From IMG/VR virus record IMGVR_UViG_3300042691_009766, positions 6,391 to 70,390 of that record: 64,000 nt of DNA. One strand, written 5' to 3'. Below are positions 48,287-57,939 of the stretch, piece by piece. Each line of letters starts with the position of its first letter. Within the stretch, counting starts at the first letter, position 1. The position numbers were made by a program, and so were the translations under genes. This DNA comes from a virus. A model generated the notes under the pieces. That model saw nothing but the letters and a program-made list of their open reading frames with translations. It had not been told where the DNA came from and searched no databases.

Positions 48287-48535
48287 CTAGCGGTCTTCCT
48301 GCTCATAGTTCTCTTTCATGTAGTCATAGATTTCGCCCATAAACTCAATGGTGCTTAGTTCAAATGCTTTAGCGATTGCTTCTAGCGTATCGGTGCTGGG
48401 CTTCTTCTTCCCCATCTCCACCCCTGAGAGATGACCTAAAGATACATACGACCTTTCGGAGACATCTCGGAGGTTTAGTTGCTTCTCTGTTCTAATGGCT
48501 CTAATAGCCTCACCGATTGCTTCATTTAGTTTCAT
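48287..48535 (-). CDS. XRE-family HTH protein
   Basis: IRAIR....LNLRDVS....VSLGHLSGVEMGKK.PS...LEAIA.A. Confidence 0.9.
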   Translation of the reverse strand: MKLNEAIGEAIRAIRTEKQLNLRDVSERSYVSLGHLSGVEMGKKKPSTDTLEAIAKAFELSTIEFMGEIYDYMKENYEQEDR

Positions 48536-48719
48536 TCAGTCCTCCCTTGATGCGACCAATACCTGCCGATAAAACATCCGTTGGATGCCCCATTGCTTTA
48601 GCGAAGTCTCGCAGTTCTTCTAGTAGTTTGACTATGCGTTCTTGCTCGTCTTGCTTGCCAAGGTTATACGACATCAAGTCGCTTACGCCCATAGCATTTA
48701 GTTCTTTCATCTTTCCCAT
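48522..48719 (-). CDS. hypothetical protein
   Basis: GGAGAACTAAATG junction. Confidence 0.65.
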   Translation of the reverse strand: MGKMKELNAMGVSDLMSYNLGKQDEQERIVKLLEELRDFAKAMGHPTDVLSAGIGRIKGGLNETK

Positions 48720-49024
48720 TAGTTCTCCTTTACGAACATAGGTAGCAACTCAACTACACCATCCACACAAGTTTCGTGGATAGGTTGCCCATACACAATC
48801 TTTGCAGGTTCACCATCATACACCTTATGGCAGACAATGCAAGTTTTGGGCGGGGGTGTGTTCAGCAGAACACCTTTAGAGACTTCTTCAAATAAAGTCA
48901 TCAACCCAGCGTCAGTCCAATCATGAACTGAACGAAGGTGATACTCAACTGCATCTTTCATCCGCAAGTGTTCCGCCTTCATACCAGCCGTATAAATGCT
49001 GGCTAAAGCAGATAACTTACTCAC
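48719..49024 (-). CDS. hypothetical Zn-finger protein
   Basis: CIVC...H..C. Confidence 0.6.
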   Translation of the reverse strand: MSKLSALASIYTAGMKAEHLRMKDAVEYHLRSVHDWTDAGLMTLFEEVSKGVLLNTPPPKTCIVCHKVYDGEPAKIVYGQPIHETCVDGVVELLPMFVKEN

Positions 49025-49301
49025 CGCCCACCTCTTTTGGAAAGGTGTAGTAGTGCAGTTTGAAGTTCTCCATTAGAACTCCGACAGATGCCGTAGTGCC
49101 ATCTTTATACAAAACATCTTCAGGCAAATCTACATGTTGTTCCATGTCTCCGCCAGCGTTCACAATCTCAATGGCTTCTTTCAGCACAGGTATCATGCTT
49201 TGCGGGATACTACGATTGAACAAGGCTAGATGCCACGATAGTTTATCTTCTATGCTCATTGGTGCTTTTGCTATTTCTTCTGCTATTTCTGTTGATTTCA
49301 T
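49017..49301 (-). CDS. hypothetical protein
   Basis: AAGGAG RBS. Confidence 0.7.
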   Translation of the reverse strand: MKSTEIAEEIAKAPMSIEDKLSWHLALFNRSIPQSMIPVLKEAIEIVNAGGDMEQHVDLPEDVLYKDGTTASVGVLMENFKLHYYTFPKEVGGE

Positions 49302-49755
49302 TTATTCTCCTTTATTAGTTGGTCATAGATGGGCTGTAAAACTGCATGCTTTACATCGTCCCCGTAGTCATTGCTATCAGCAATCACTTCCGCCAGTATG
49401 CCTTGCAATACTTCGGCTTGAAAATCTGTAATGTGTATCTCCATTAGTCTTCCTCATCTGGTTCTAGGTTATACTTCTCAACGCACTTCATACAGACAGG
49501 GTAATCAAATCTGTAATCAAAGCCGTTGGGGTCTTGCTCGTCATAGTTGGTAGCACATAGGTCGCAGTATGGGTCATCATTCAACATCTCATTACTCATC
49601 CTTTAGTCCTCCTACTTCATAGTTGTCGCATACTTCTTTGATGGCTTCTTCCAAAGTGTCGTAGAACATGGATAGGTTGTTGCTATCCAAGTGAACCACT
49701 TGGAGTTCTCGTAAGGAGAACTCCCATACGATTTCGCCTAGTCTATGCTGTTCCA

Positions 49756-49890
49756 TTAGTCCTCCTTGGTCTTGGTTCGTATAACTATCTCGTTGTCGGG
49801 ATACTTTAGGTACGCTATCTTGGCGTACTCTATGAGTTCCTCCAAAGTATCAAACTCCATAGTCCCACTTCTAACCAGAATGTATTTCAT
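49756..49890 (-). CDS. small hypothetical protein
   Basis: GGAGGACTAATG start at 49890. Confidence 0.6.
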   Translation of the reverse strand: MKYILVRSGTMEFDTLEELIEYAKIAYLKYPDNEIVIRTKTKED

Positions 49891-50234
49891 TAGTCCTCCT
49901 TTTTGATAGAGGGTAAAGCGTTGAACACATCCCAGAGCCTGTCGGAGATTTGCCACTCGTAGTCCTTTAGAAATCCGTCAAGTCCATACCAGCAATCATC
50001 CTCGTTGAAATAGCCTGAGCCTAGTTGCAACTTGGCACTCTCTTCAGATGTGAACTCATACTGAACTCCCACCTGCTCTTTGGATACAGAACCCCAAACA
50101 GCATTGAATGGGTCTCCATCAGTCCTCACTAGGTAGATGTCCATGAACCAAGGGTCAGCGTAGACCCACTTGCCATCAACTACTACTTCTTGCCTGTAAA
50201 TGTTCAGGTCATAATCTAATAACTCGTCCAACAC
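49890..50234 (-). CDS. acidic hypothetical protein
   Basis: AGGAG RBS; D/E-rich. Confidence 0.65.
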   Translation of the reverse strand: MLDELLDYDLNIYRQEVVVDGKWVYADPWFMDIYLVRTDGDPFNAVWGSVSKEQVGVQYEFTSEESAKLQLGSGYFNEDDCWYGLDGFLKDYEWQISDRLWDVFNALPSIKKED

Positions 50235-50240
50235 AAACTC

Positions 50241-50537
50241 CTATTCTGTCTCGCACAAATCGCAACCACAAGTTCCCTCAACCCAATCAGGGTCTGAGGG
50301 GCTTTCAGGGTAGCCTCTATGCTGGTCTATTGGCAAACATTCAGGATGATAAAAGCCACCCTCTTCATCACGAACATCACAATCCAGATAAATCTGCTTA
50401 TCACATTCATCACAAGCAAAACCTGAACACTCGGCACAGCCCCAGCCGTCCTCAACTGGCAAGCGGTTCACGAACCTACCGAAACCAAAAGCGGTGCTAT
50501 TACCGCAATAGTAGCAAGGGTCAATTACCTCACTCAT
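50241..50537 (-). CDS. Cys-rich acidic protein
   Basis: multiple CxxC. Confidence 0.65.
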   Translation of the reverse strand: MSEVIDPCYYCGNSTAFGFGRFVNRLPVEDGWGCAECSGFACDECDKQIYLDCDVRDEEGGFYHPECLPIDQHRGYPESPSDPDWVEGTCGCDLCETE

Positions 50538-50736
50538 CTTCGTCCTCCCAATAACTCAGGTCTTTATCATTGAGAATGGCAAATACATACTCTATCCTTT
50601 CACTATCCCGTAGGTTAGCGAGCAAACCCCACTGCTTATCAGTCAAGCGGTCTGGGTGAAACACAGCCAATGCCCCAGACCCATACGAGCCATCAGCATC
50701 TACATAAGCCATGTTGTGAAAAACTTTATCTTCCAT
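50530..50736 (-). CDS. acidic hypothetical protein
   Basis: GGAGAACTAATG junction. Confidence 0.65.
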   Translation of the reverse strand: MEDKVFHNMAYVDADGSYGSGALAVFHPDRLTDKQWGLLANLRDSERIEYVFAILNDKDLSYWEDEDE

Positions 50737-50900
50737 TAGTTCTCCTCTGTTGGTTCGTAAGTTGTTGAGCCGTCTAGATACTCTGCATTTTCAGGCTCGT
50801 GTCCATTTACACGAGCCATACGGAATACATATTGAGCATCTTCCAAACTGTTTGCTTCTACAAGCCACCTGTTAGTTTCGGTGATAATAAACTTTTCCAT
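50736..50900 (-). CDS. small acidic protein, VEAxS family
   Basis: WLVEANSLEDA; start at GGAGAACTAATG. Confidence 0.65.
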   Translation of the reverse strand: MEKFIITETNRWLVEANSLEDAQYVFRMARVNGHEPENAEYLDGSTTYEPTEEN

Positions 50901-51088
50901 TAGTTCTCCTTTACTTCTGTTGGGGTATCCCAATCGGTCTCGCCACTCTTCCAGAACTTTTCTGAGTTAGGTAGGTCATCTACATCTAACATTTCATCCA
51001 TGAGTTCTTTGGCATGTTCAAGGCTATCTGCCTCAAAGGTAATGATGTTCTTGGTGTATTCGTGTTCTACGAACTGATACTTTGGCAT
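50900..51088 (-). CDS. small acidic protein, VEAxS family
   Basis: TFEADSLEHA. Confidence 0.65.
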   Translation of the reverse strand: MPKYQFVEHEYTKNIITFEADSLEHAKELMDEMLDVDDLPNSEKFWKSGETDWDTPTEVKEN

Positions 51089-51258
51089 TAGTTCTCCTCT
51101 ACCTCTCCTATTTCAATCTCACCATCTATGAAGTCGTTGTCTTTACGAACATCATAGAACACTCCTGAGATTGCTTTATTGACCATTTCCCATGCTTCAT
51201 CAGCACTATCCGCTTCAACCTCGTAGTATGCCGAGATGTCTACATTGTATGTTGCCAT
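51088..51258 (-). CDS. small acidic protein, VEAxS family
   Basis: YEVEADSADEA; translated by hand; GGAGG RBS. Confidence 0.65.
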   Translation of the reverse strand: MATYNVDISAYYEVEADSADEAWEMVNKAISGVFYDVRKDNDFIDGEIEIGEVEEN

Positions 51259-51268
51259 GTGTTGCCTC

Positions 51269-51937
51269 CTATTTACTCTCTGTTATCTTGTTCAGCAAAC
51301 GCTGGAACTCTCTAATCCCTAGGGATACACTCCCTGATTGACTAATGATGTAATCCTGCTCGGTAGCACCATCATCGTAAGTTTGCCATTGACCATCAAC
51401 CCTGACGCTAACAAGGGCGGTTTCCGCAATCGCATTACCCAGTAGCACTACCAAGTTCTTTTTGATTGTTTCAGCAGTGTTATCCGCTTGCTCTCTTGCA
51501 ACGCCCAACTTGTTTTCCTGAATAAGTCTTCTGCGATTTGCTTCAGCATCACGCTTCTCCTGCTCAATACGATTAGCCTCAGCCTCAGCATCCAAACGAG
51601 CCTGTTCAACTACCCAAACACTCTCGTAATCATCAGCCTTGGCTATGAAGTCTCTTGCCCTGATTACCCGATAGTGATTAGTTTCACCACCTGTGGGGTT
51701 GGGGCGTTTTTCAAGAACCAAATACCCTACATCTTTAGTTCCGCCAAATACCCTCTGAAATCTACTAATGTCTGCACCAACCCCATAGCCAGTGTGGTAG
51801 AGATGAGTGTCGTATAGATGGACAAAGATAACTCGGCTTGGGCTAATGTCTTCCAAACGCTTCTCGGTGCTTCTCTTGCCCTGAGGCACAACAGCCCACC
51901 TAACATCTGGAGTTTTTAGAATGTCTTTACTTTGCAT
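51269..51937 (-). CDS. hypothetical protein with coiled-coil
   Basis: AAAGGA RBS directly after a 40-bp element. Confidence 0.75.
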   Translation of the reverse strand: MQSKDILKTPDVRWAVVPQGKRSTEKRLEDISPSRVIFVHLYDTHLYHTGYGVGADISRFQRVFGGTKDVGYLVLEKRPNPTGGETNHYRVIRARDFIAKADDYESVWVVEQARLDAEAEANRIEQEKRDAEANRRRLIQENKLGVAREQADNTAETIKKNLVVLLGNAIAETALVSVRVDGQWQTYDDGATEQDYIISQSGSVSLGIREFQRLLNKITESK

Positions 51938-52016
51938 GAATGTTCCTTTCGGTTAGTTGCTTCACTATTGGGTCAGCAGGTTATCTTATTGTTAGTTCCC
52001 AAAGTTTCTAGGTGTA

Positions 52017-52060
52017 TGAGGGAGGGTAGGTGCTGAGGAGGCATACCACTACCACCCTCA
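52017..52060 (-). other. hairpin with CUCCUCA loop (antisense to conserved RBS)
   Basis: UGAGGGUGGUAGUGGUAUGC-CUCCUCA-GCACCUACCCUCCCUCA directly after VWA stop. Confidence 0.6.
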
Positions 52061-52066
52061 CCACCC

Positions 52067-54013
52067 CTAGTAGGTTAGATGACGAGCAATCGCCATCTCC
52101 ACTAGAGAACGACCTAGATGAACTAAGTCGCTGGCATTACGAACATGGCATACCACTTCTGCACCATGCAAGTTCTGTTCTTTTAGGTCAATCTTGTAAG
52201 GTGTAAGCCATGCTAACGAGGTAAGAACGCCACCATCTCGCATGTTGCGGATACTCTCCTCACTCTTTTCTAGGGCATCAGGGTTCCACTCACCATCAGT
52301 TATGACGATTAGCAGTTTCACTGCACGATTGCTATTGGCAAATAAGCCTTGAGCATACTGCAACGCTTTAGTTGGGTTCGTGCCACCATGAGTTCCTATG
52401 TAAGTCATAGTGTCTTTAGCCCGTTCATCAGGGCTGTAAAGGGTCATTGCATTATCGCTGTATGCCACCACACTTGTTGTGGCGTTGATTACATCCAACG
52501 CTTTTTTGATTGCCCACATACTCTCGGAGGCATCTCTAATCATGCCACCCATAGAGCCAGATACATCCAGTAGGACAACCGCTTCAATGTCTGTGGCATC
52601 AGCCCTACCATTCTCGTAGCGGTCAAATGCTTCTTCAAAGTCGCAACCCTGTTCCCAGCGAGACGGGTTGATACGCCCAGTCTCTACTCGGTAGTTCCAA
52701 GCAGGGTCATACTGAGAACGCAACCTACGAAGTTCAGTTGCAAACGCCTCTGCACCATCAACCGCTGTTGGAGATACCTCAACTTCTGAGGCATACTTGT
52801 ATTTAGGCGGGTCAGGCAATCTCTCACCCTCAAGCAACACATCACCATTGTAGATGTCTATGTCTCTGGCGAGTTTATCGTCAAGGCGGTCAAGCACCTC
52901 GTCTAGTGCCTCTAGCAAAGTGTCTTCCAGTTCTTTCTGCAACTGCTCTAGTTCTTCGGTGTTCTTACCCGAACCGCTACTGCCTTCAGGAGTATCTTGC
53001 CCTGAGTTTGAGCCATCATTACCCTCGTCATCTGAACCTGAACCAGAACCATCTTTGTCCTCGTCATCTGAACCAGAACCAGAACCATCCCCGTCCTCGT
53101 CCTCGTCATCTGAACCAGAACCAGAACCATAACCATCACAGCCATCATTGGTCTCGTCATCCGAGCCAGAGCCATCCTCGTCCTCGCCATCCCAGTCATC
53201 ATCAGTATCTACATCATCATACGGGCTATCGTCTTCTTCAACATCTTCGGAAGCCTTGGTCTGCTTACCTCTAGGCAAGCAACCGCTGTTGATGTCTGTG
53301 CCATGCTCATCCTCAGGTCTGCTGTCGTGTCCATGAGGGTTTTCCATCTCCAAATCTTGGGTAAGCCCATGGTAGCGAAGCACCAAATCTTTAGCGGTGT
53401 CGTAGTTATCAGGGTTGCCCATGTCTAAGGCTCGGAACTGGTCAATGATGACTTCAAGTTCAGCCACTCGGTCAGGATAAACAAACATGTCTCTAGCAAG
53501 TTTGCGAACTTGCTTGTCCAGATACTTACGACCATGAACTAACGGGAACGCTGACTCGTAGTGGTGAGACGAGGCTAGAAGATACTGGTTCATGGTTGCA
53601 ATAAACCAGTCTCTAATGCTCGGATACAGGGCTATCAACTGGCTCTCTATACGCTGGTCTTCCAAAGCGTTCCATGCCCTAGACAACTTGTTCTCAATCA
53701 CCCAATCTCTAAACTCGTTGCCAACACGAGGGCTTAGGAGGATGTGGCTAATCTCATGCAGGGTCAAGCCCTTTAGCGAAGCCACACCAGCCTTGGTTGT
53801 GAGGTCAGCGACTAGGTTCTCCTGAAACCAAATGCGGTTGCTATCCGAGAACGCTGGTGCTGAACCTACCCTGCTCAGTTTTACGCTGATAGGTCGCAGG
53901 GTGAAACTGGACGAGAACGATTGGATTACTTGCACCATACGAAGCAAGCGTTCTCTGTTGCGGTTTGCTAATAACTGCCTGTTATTTTGGATGTCTAGGT
54001 ATTCATGTTGCAT
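52067..54013 (-). CDS. VWA-domain protein with HExxH motif and acidic linker (CobT-like)
   Basis: HEISH, NALED.RIE, MIDAS DVSGSM, GGT, ITDG; GSGSGSDDE repeats. Confidence 0.85.
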   Translation of the reverse strand: MQHEYLDIQNNRQLLANRNRERLLRMVQVIQSFSSSFTLRPISVKLSRVGSAPAFSDSNRIWFQENLVADLTTKAGVASLKGLTLHEISHILLSPRVGNEFRDWVIENKLSRAWNALEDQRIESQLIALYPSIRDWFIATMNQYLLASSHHYESAFPLVHGRKYLDKQVRKLARDMFVYPDRVAELEVIIDQFRALDMGNPDNYDTAKDLVLRYHGLTQDLEMENPHGHDSRPEDEHGTDINSGCLPRGKQTKASEDVEEDDSPYDDVDTDDDWDGEDEDGSGSDDETNDGCDGYGSGSGSDDEDEDGDGSGSGSDDEDKDGSGSGSDDEGNDGSNSGQDTPEGSSGSGKNTEELEQLQKELEDTLLEALDEVLDRLDDKLARDIDIYNGDVLLEGERLPDPPKYKYASEVEVSPTAVDGAEAFATELRRLRSQYDPAWNYRVETGRINPSRWEQGCDFEEAFDRYENGRADATDIEAVVLLDVSGSMGGMIRDASESMWAIKKALDVINATTSVVAYSDNAMTLYSPDERAKDTMTYIGTHGGTNPTKALQYAQGLFANSNRAVKLLIVITDGEWNPDALEKSEESIRNMRDGGVLTSLAWLTPYKIDLKEQNLHGAEVVCHVRNASDLVHLGRSLVEMAIARHLTY

Positions 54014-55386
54014 TAGTTGTTCTCCTCTAGGTTGATGTTTAGGTCTCGTGCAATGTTTTCCCGCTGAGTATCAAGGTGCATAGACACAGCCTCTCTCTCC
54101 TCTGGTGAGAAGTTAGCGAGAAAGCGGTTGATTGCAAACTGGAAGTTGTATGTCTTCGCTTGCTTGACGAAGTTCAGCAACATACGAAGACCAACTCTGG
54201 TCTTGTGCCTTGCTGGTTCACTCTTGGATAAGTAGCGGAGGGCGGTTGCAATCTCCAGCAACGCTGGACTTGGTATCAACTGCTTCTCAATCTCAGGGTC
54301 ATCATCAAACTCAATCTTCACATTGAAGCGGTCAATCAAGGCTGGGTCTTGCTGACGAGTGCCAACATACCTTGACCCGACATTCTGGTCAGCAATGAAG
54401 ATAGTGTTTGGGTGAACAGGGATGACCTCGTTCAGCGTTTCAATCTGCAACTGCTTCTCCTCTAAGATACCTAGGAAGAGAGTTGAGTTAGCAGGAAGCA
54501 TACGGCTAAACTCGTTGAGCAAGACGATGCCGCCATGCTTGATGATTGTGGCAAATCGTGAATAGTGCCAGTCCCAACCACCAGTGCCATTTGGCAATAA
54601 GCGACCCTCAGTTTCCGCCTTGGACAGCGAGCCATCCATTTCCAAACGAACATAAGGAAGCCCCAAGTGTGAAGCAAGGTTGATTGTTGCCTGAGTTTTA
54701 CCTACACCAGCCTCACCAGAGAGCAGGAAGTTATCTCCAGCCTGAATACCACGAGTGAACATGTCTATCTCGTCAATCCCGTCAATCTTACGCTGGATGT
54801 GGAAAGGCTTTTCAGGAACGCTGAGTTTTGCCCAATAGCGAGGTGCTTGACCAGTAGTAATCATCTCAGCCACAGGTTCGGAAGTTGTCCCAACACAAAC
54901 CTCTTCGGCTACTGGCGGTGCAGATACAGGGGTCTCCTGAGTAATCGCCACCGATACTGGTGAAACATAGGTGTTTGACTTAGCGTATCTCGCCAGATGT
55001 TCTGGCTTGTGGTCAATGGTGTTGAATAGTTCTTGTGCCATGGTGTCCCACCTCACATCAGTAGTGCTGGTCTGGTCTTGAACTGCACGAGCCAACTTCT
55101 GCAATAGCGTAGTTGGTCTGCCAATCATGATGTCCCGTTCATCACTAGCAGTGATGAATAATGATACGGGCTTGCCGAGCATGACTTCATCTTCGGCTTT
55201 GAGCCAAAGTTCAGCACGACCCGTTCTGGATACTGGCATCCAAGCCCCAGCCACACCACGCAACTTGGTATCATTACCAAGACTACGGGTGTAAATCAAA
55301 GGCTCTCTCCCATGAACATCAGGGATGAAAGCGGTTTGGCGAATACCATTTACCGCATGATTAGATTGCAAGATTGTTGCATACAT
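54013..55386 (-). CDS. MoxR/CbbQ-type AAA+ ATPase (CobS-like)
   Basis: GEAGVGKT, VLLNE, DPALIDRF; adjacent to VWA gene. Confidence 0.85.
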   Translation of the reverse strand: MYATILQSNHAVNGIRQTAFIPDVHGREPLIYTRSLGNDTKLRGVAGAWMPVSRTGRAELWLKAEDEVMLGKPVSLFITASDERDIMIGRPTTLLQKLARAVQDQTSTTDVRWDTMAQELFNTIDHKPEHLARYAKSNTYVSPVSVAITQETPVSAPPVAEEVCVGTTSEPVAEMITTGQAPRYWAKLSVPEKPFHIQRKIDGIDEIDMFTRGIQAGDNFLLSGEAGVGKTQATINLASHLGLPYVRLEMDGSLSKAETEGRLLPNGTGGWDWHYSRFATIIKHGGIVLLNEFSRMLPANSTLFLGILEEKQLQIETLNEVIPVHPNTIFIADQNVGSRYVGTRQQDPALIDRFNVKIEFDDDPEIEKQLIPSPALLEIATALRYLSKSEPARHKTRVGLRMLLNFVKQAKTYNFQFAINRFLANFSPEEREAVSMHLDTQRENIARDLNINLEENN

Positions 55387-55457
55387 GTTTTACCTCCTCA
55401 GGTTTTGTTGTTGCTTCACTATTGGGTCAGCAAGTTATTTGATTGTTAGTTCCCAAA

Positions 55458-55949
55458 CTATTCTGTCCAGATGTATTCATAACTGACGGGTGCTTCCCCT
55501 GTATCCTCCACCCAACCGAACTGCGAATACCATGCGTAGTTCTTACATAGCAACGCTAGTCGGTGTGATGAAATAATGCTCTCCAACAAATCTCCGTCAT
55601 ACATCCATGACGGGAGAGTTATTGGTTGCTCATCTCTTACGAGATTGAGTTTGAGTGCTTGCTCGTAAGTGCGTTCAGCCTTGTCGTAGATAGTTGATTT
55701 ATACCCACGAGCCTTCCACTCAAATACCATAGCCCCAATGTAATCCAGCAAGGCGTTCTCATGTCCTCGCCACATCTTTACGGCAGGGTGATTACGCCAG
55801 CCCTTAGGCTCTCGCTTGTTGCCCTCAGGGTCAAGAGCAAGGTTGGTCATCATGATTTGCCAACCCTCTAACGCTTGCTTGTTGAGGCGTTGATTATCCA
55901 GCACTGAGGCAACCTCAGTGAAATCTGCGTATGGCAGGAATGTTTGCAT
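55458..55949 (-). CDS. pyrimidine-dimer DNA glycosylase-like (DenV/MSMEG_6728 family)
   Basis: MQTFLPY..F...A..LD..RL.KQ..E, HPAV.MW.G, SHR..L. Confidence 0.8.
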   Translation of the reverse strand: MQTFLPYADFTEVASVLDNQRLNKQALEGWQIMMTNLALDPEGNKREPKGWRNHPAVKMWRGHENALLDYIGAMVFEWKARGYKSTIYDKAERTYEQALKLNLVRDEQPITLPSWMYDGDLLESIISSHRLALLCKNYAWYSQFGWVEDTGEAPVSYEYIWTE

Positions 55950-55998
55950 TAGTCCTCCTCAGGTCTATTCACTATTGGGTCAGCAAGTTATTTGATTG

Positions 55999-56241
55999 TT
56001 AGTTCCCAAAGTCTTCGGGTTCGTCCCATGTTTCTTCAGGGTATAACGACACGCCCTCAGCATTGGTGTTGCCCGTTTCTTCTGTCCAGAACTCAGGCAA
56101 GAAATCGGTAGTGTTATCCAACATCTCCCAATAATCACCTATGCCCTCGGCTACCATACGGATAGCCTCCACAGCACTCTCGGCTTCTACCTCTGTTTGA
56201 TACCAGATGGTCGCTTTCTGTTGCACCTTGTATGTTCCCAT
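55999..56241 (-). CDS. small acidic protein, VEAxS family
   Basis: TEVEAESAVEA; ends GN* inside repeat. Confidence 0.7.
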   Translation of the reverse strand: MGTYKVQQKATIWYQTEVEAESAVEAIRMVAEGIGDYWEMLDNTTDFLPEFWTEETGNTNAEGVSLYPEETWDEPEDFGN

Positions 56242-56489
56242 TAGTTCTCCTTTACGAACTTGGCAAAGCCAATCAGCATGTCGTAGTTGCTCTCAATCTG
56301 CTCACACAAGAAGTCTGCCCAATAGTTTTCCATGGCTTCCCAGACAATTATGTCCTCATCATCAACTTCCGTTCCAATGTCCTCCAAGCGTTCAATGACT
56401 TCTTCGTAAGTAAGTTCGCCCCACTCACTCAACACCAAGCCCATAGCCTTTTGCTTACACTCTTCAATGATTTCAGGTGATAGTTCCAT
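56241..56489 (-). CDS. very acidic hypothetical protein
   Basis: TAATG coupling. Confidence 0.7.
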   Translation of the reverse strand: MELSPEIIEECKQKAMGLVLSEWGELTYEEVIERLEDIGTEVDDEDIIVWEAMENYWADFLCEQIESNYDMLIGFAKFVKEN

Positions 56490-56593
56490 TAGTATCCTGC
56501 TTTCTCTAACATTGCTAGTAGTTTCTTCAATGTTTCCTCGTCAAGTGAAGCGATTGCTTCCTCGTTGATTGCTTCTTTACCGAACTCTTCCAT
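56489..56593 (-). CDS. 34-aa acidic peptide
   Basis: GGAGG RBS after repeat; MEEFGKEAINEEAIASLDEE... Confidence 0.6.
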   Translation of the reverse strand: MEEFGKEAINEEAIASLDEETLKKLLAMLEKAGY

Positions 56594-56658
56594 GTTGCCT
56601 CCTTGTTGTTGTTCTCACTATTGGGTCAGCAAGTTATTTGATTGTTAGTTCCCAAAGT

Positions 56659-56847
56659 TTATGTATCCCGTAGATACACTTGGGCAAATGCCTCTGCTTC
56701 TTCATGGCTATTACACTCCTGCCAGAAGTCATGGAGGTATTCCCAATCAGGTCTAGCGAGATTGGTGTAGCAAACCCAACCCATAGCCCCGTTCCACACG
56801 AGTTTCAAGTGCGGTTTATCTTCTCGTGTGAAGACAACCCACTCCAT
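56659..56847 (-). CDS. hypothetical protein
   Basis: TAATG coupling. Confidence 0.6.
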   Translation of the reverse strand: MEWVVFTREDKPHLKLVWNGAMGWVCYTNLARPDWEYLHDFWQECNSHEEAEAFAQVYLRDT

Positions 56848-57278
56848 TAGTTTTCCTCTCGGTCTATTTTGCTACCCCAGAAGTCAAAGACTTCACCCAA
56901 GGCTGTTGCTTGGTCAAAGATTTTGTTGATGTTGATAGAGATTGTTTCGCCCTTGCTGTTGTAAGCCACTGCGAAGCCAGCAAAGTAGCGTAGTTTCTCA
57001 CTACCTATCTCTTGGATAATCACTACGGAGTTCTCTTGGAGATGTCTGCTGAAGATACCAGCCCAATCTATTTCATCACCACCAAATACAGCGTCATCAC
57101 TGAAGTAATCGTTCCAAGGGAACGCCCCGTCATCACTTTGAACGAACAAGGCAACGAACTCAGGGTTATCGTCCTTGCTTACAACCTCTAGGTTGTATTT
57201 CTCTACCTCTTCTGTGAAAGCCTTTACATCTTTCACCTGAAAGTAGTTGGTTCTAGCACTAGCGTAATAGTTAGCCAT
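56847..57278 (-). CDS. conserved phage hypothetical protein
   Basis: MANYY..ARTNYF.VKD...G.EKLRY..G.A.A. Confidence 0.75.
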   Translation of the reverse strand: MANYYASARTNYFQVKDVKAFTEEVEKYNLEVVSKDDNPEFVALFVQSDDGAFPWNDYFSDDAVFGGDEIDWAGIFSRHLQENSVVIIQEIGSEKLRYFAGFAVAYNSKGETISININKIFDQATALGEVFDFWGSKIDREEN

Positions 57279-57519
57279 TGTTGTCCTCCTTGTTTAGTAT
57301 TGCGATTGCGTTTTGTAGTTTCTCTTGGGCTAATTCATAAGACGAAGCATGTTCGTAAATGTCTTCCCAAGTGCTTTCATCAACGAGCCAGATGTCTTCC
57401 CCGTTCCAAGAAACACTAGCCCGTTCATCATCAACCCAAGCACCAGCGACTTTCTCTGTCCCGTCATCTGCTACTTCTACCTCAACACACAGGGCGAAAT
57501 AAACCTGTTTAGTTGCCAT
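57271..57519 (-). CDS. acidic hypothetical protein
   Basis: GAGGA RBS. Confidence 0.65.
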   Translation of the reverse strand: MATKQVYFALCVEVEVADDGTEKVAGAWVDDERASVSWNGEDIWLVDESTWEDIYEHASSYELAQEKLQNAIAILNKEDNNG

Positions 57520-57761
57520 TAGTTATCCTCTTCCTCTTCGGTAAGTGTGTAGTCGTTGAACTTATCTACAACAAGTTCGCTGATTTCATCAGCAATCTCG
57601 CCATAGTATTCCTGTTTCTCTACGAACTCTGCCCAAGTTCCAACGCCAACAGAAGCGATAGCGTGGGGTTTTACATCATCAAACGAGAGTGTTTGCCATA
57701 GCAGTTCTTCGTCAGGTTCATAGTTCTCTTGTAAGAACTTGATTAGGTTATCTCTGGTCAT
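57519..57761 (-). CDS. very acidic hypothetical protein
   Basis: CCTGAGGAGG RBS after repeat. Confidence 0.7.
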   Translation of the reverse strand: MTRDNLIKFLQENYEPDEELLWQTLSFDDVKPHAIASVGVGTWAEFVEKQEYYGEIADEISELVVDKFNDYTLTEEEEDN

Positions 57762-57825
57762 TTAGTCCTCCTCAGGTCTAAGTGTTGTTGTGTCCTCACT
57801 ATTGGGTCATGAGGTTATTTGATTG

Positions 57826-57939
57826 TTAGTTCCCAAATCCTCGGTTGCTCTTGATACATCTTTGTTCGTGGCGTAGCAGTTGTAGCAGGTGTAGCCCTCT
57901 TCTATGAAGTTCGGCACAATGGCAGGTCGTATTTTCCAT
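57826..57939 (-). CDS. 37-aa peptide
   Basis: GGAGAAGTAATG start; ends GN* in repeat. Confidence 0.5.
   Translation of the reverse strand: MENTTCHCAELHRRGLHLLQLLRHEQRCIKSNRGFGN

Noticed and set aside
52854-53336. Several overlapping ORFs (Ser/Pro/His-rich)
   Set aside because: Shadow frames of the low-complexity GSGSDDE linker in the VWA gene.
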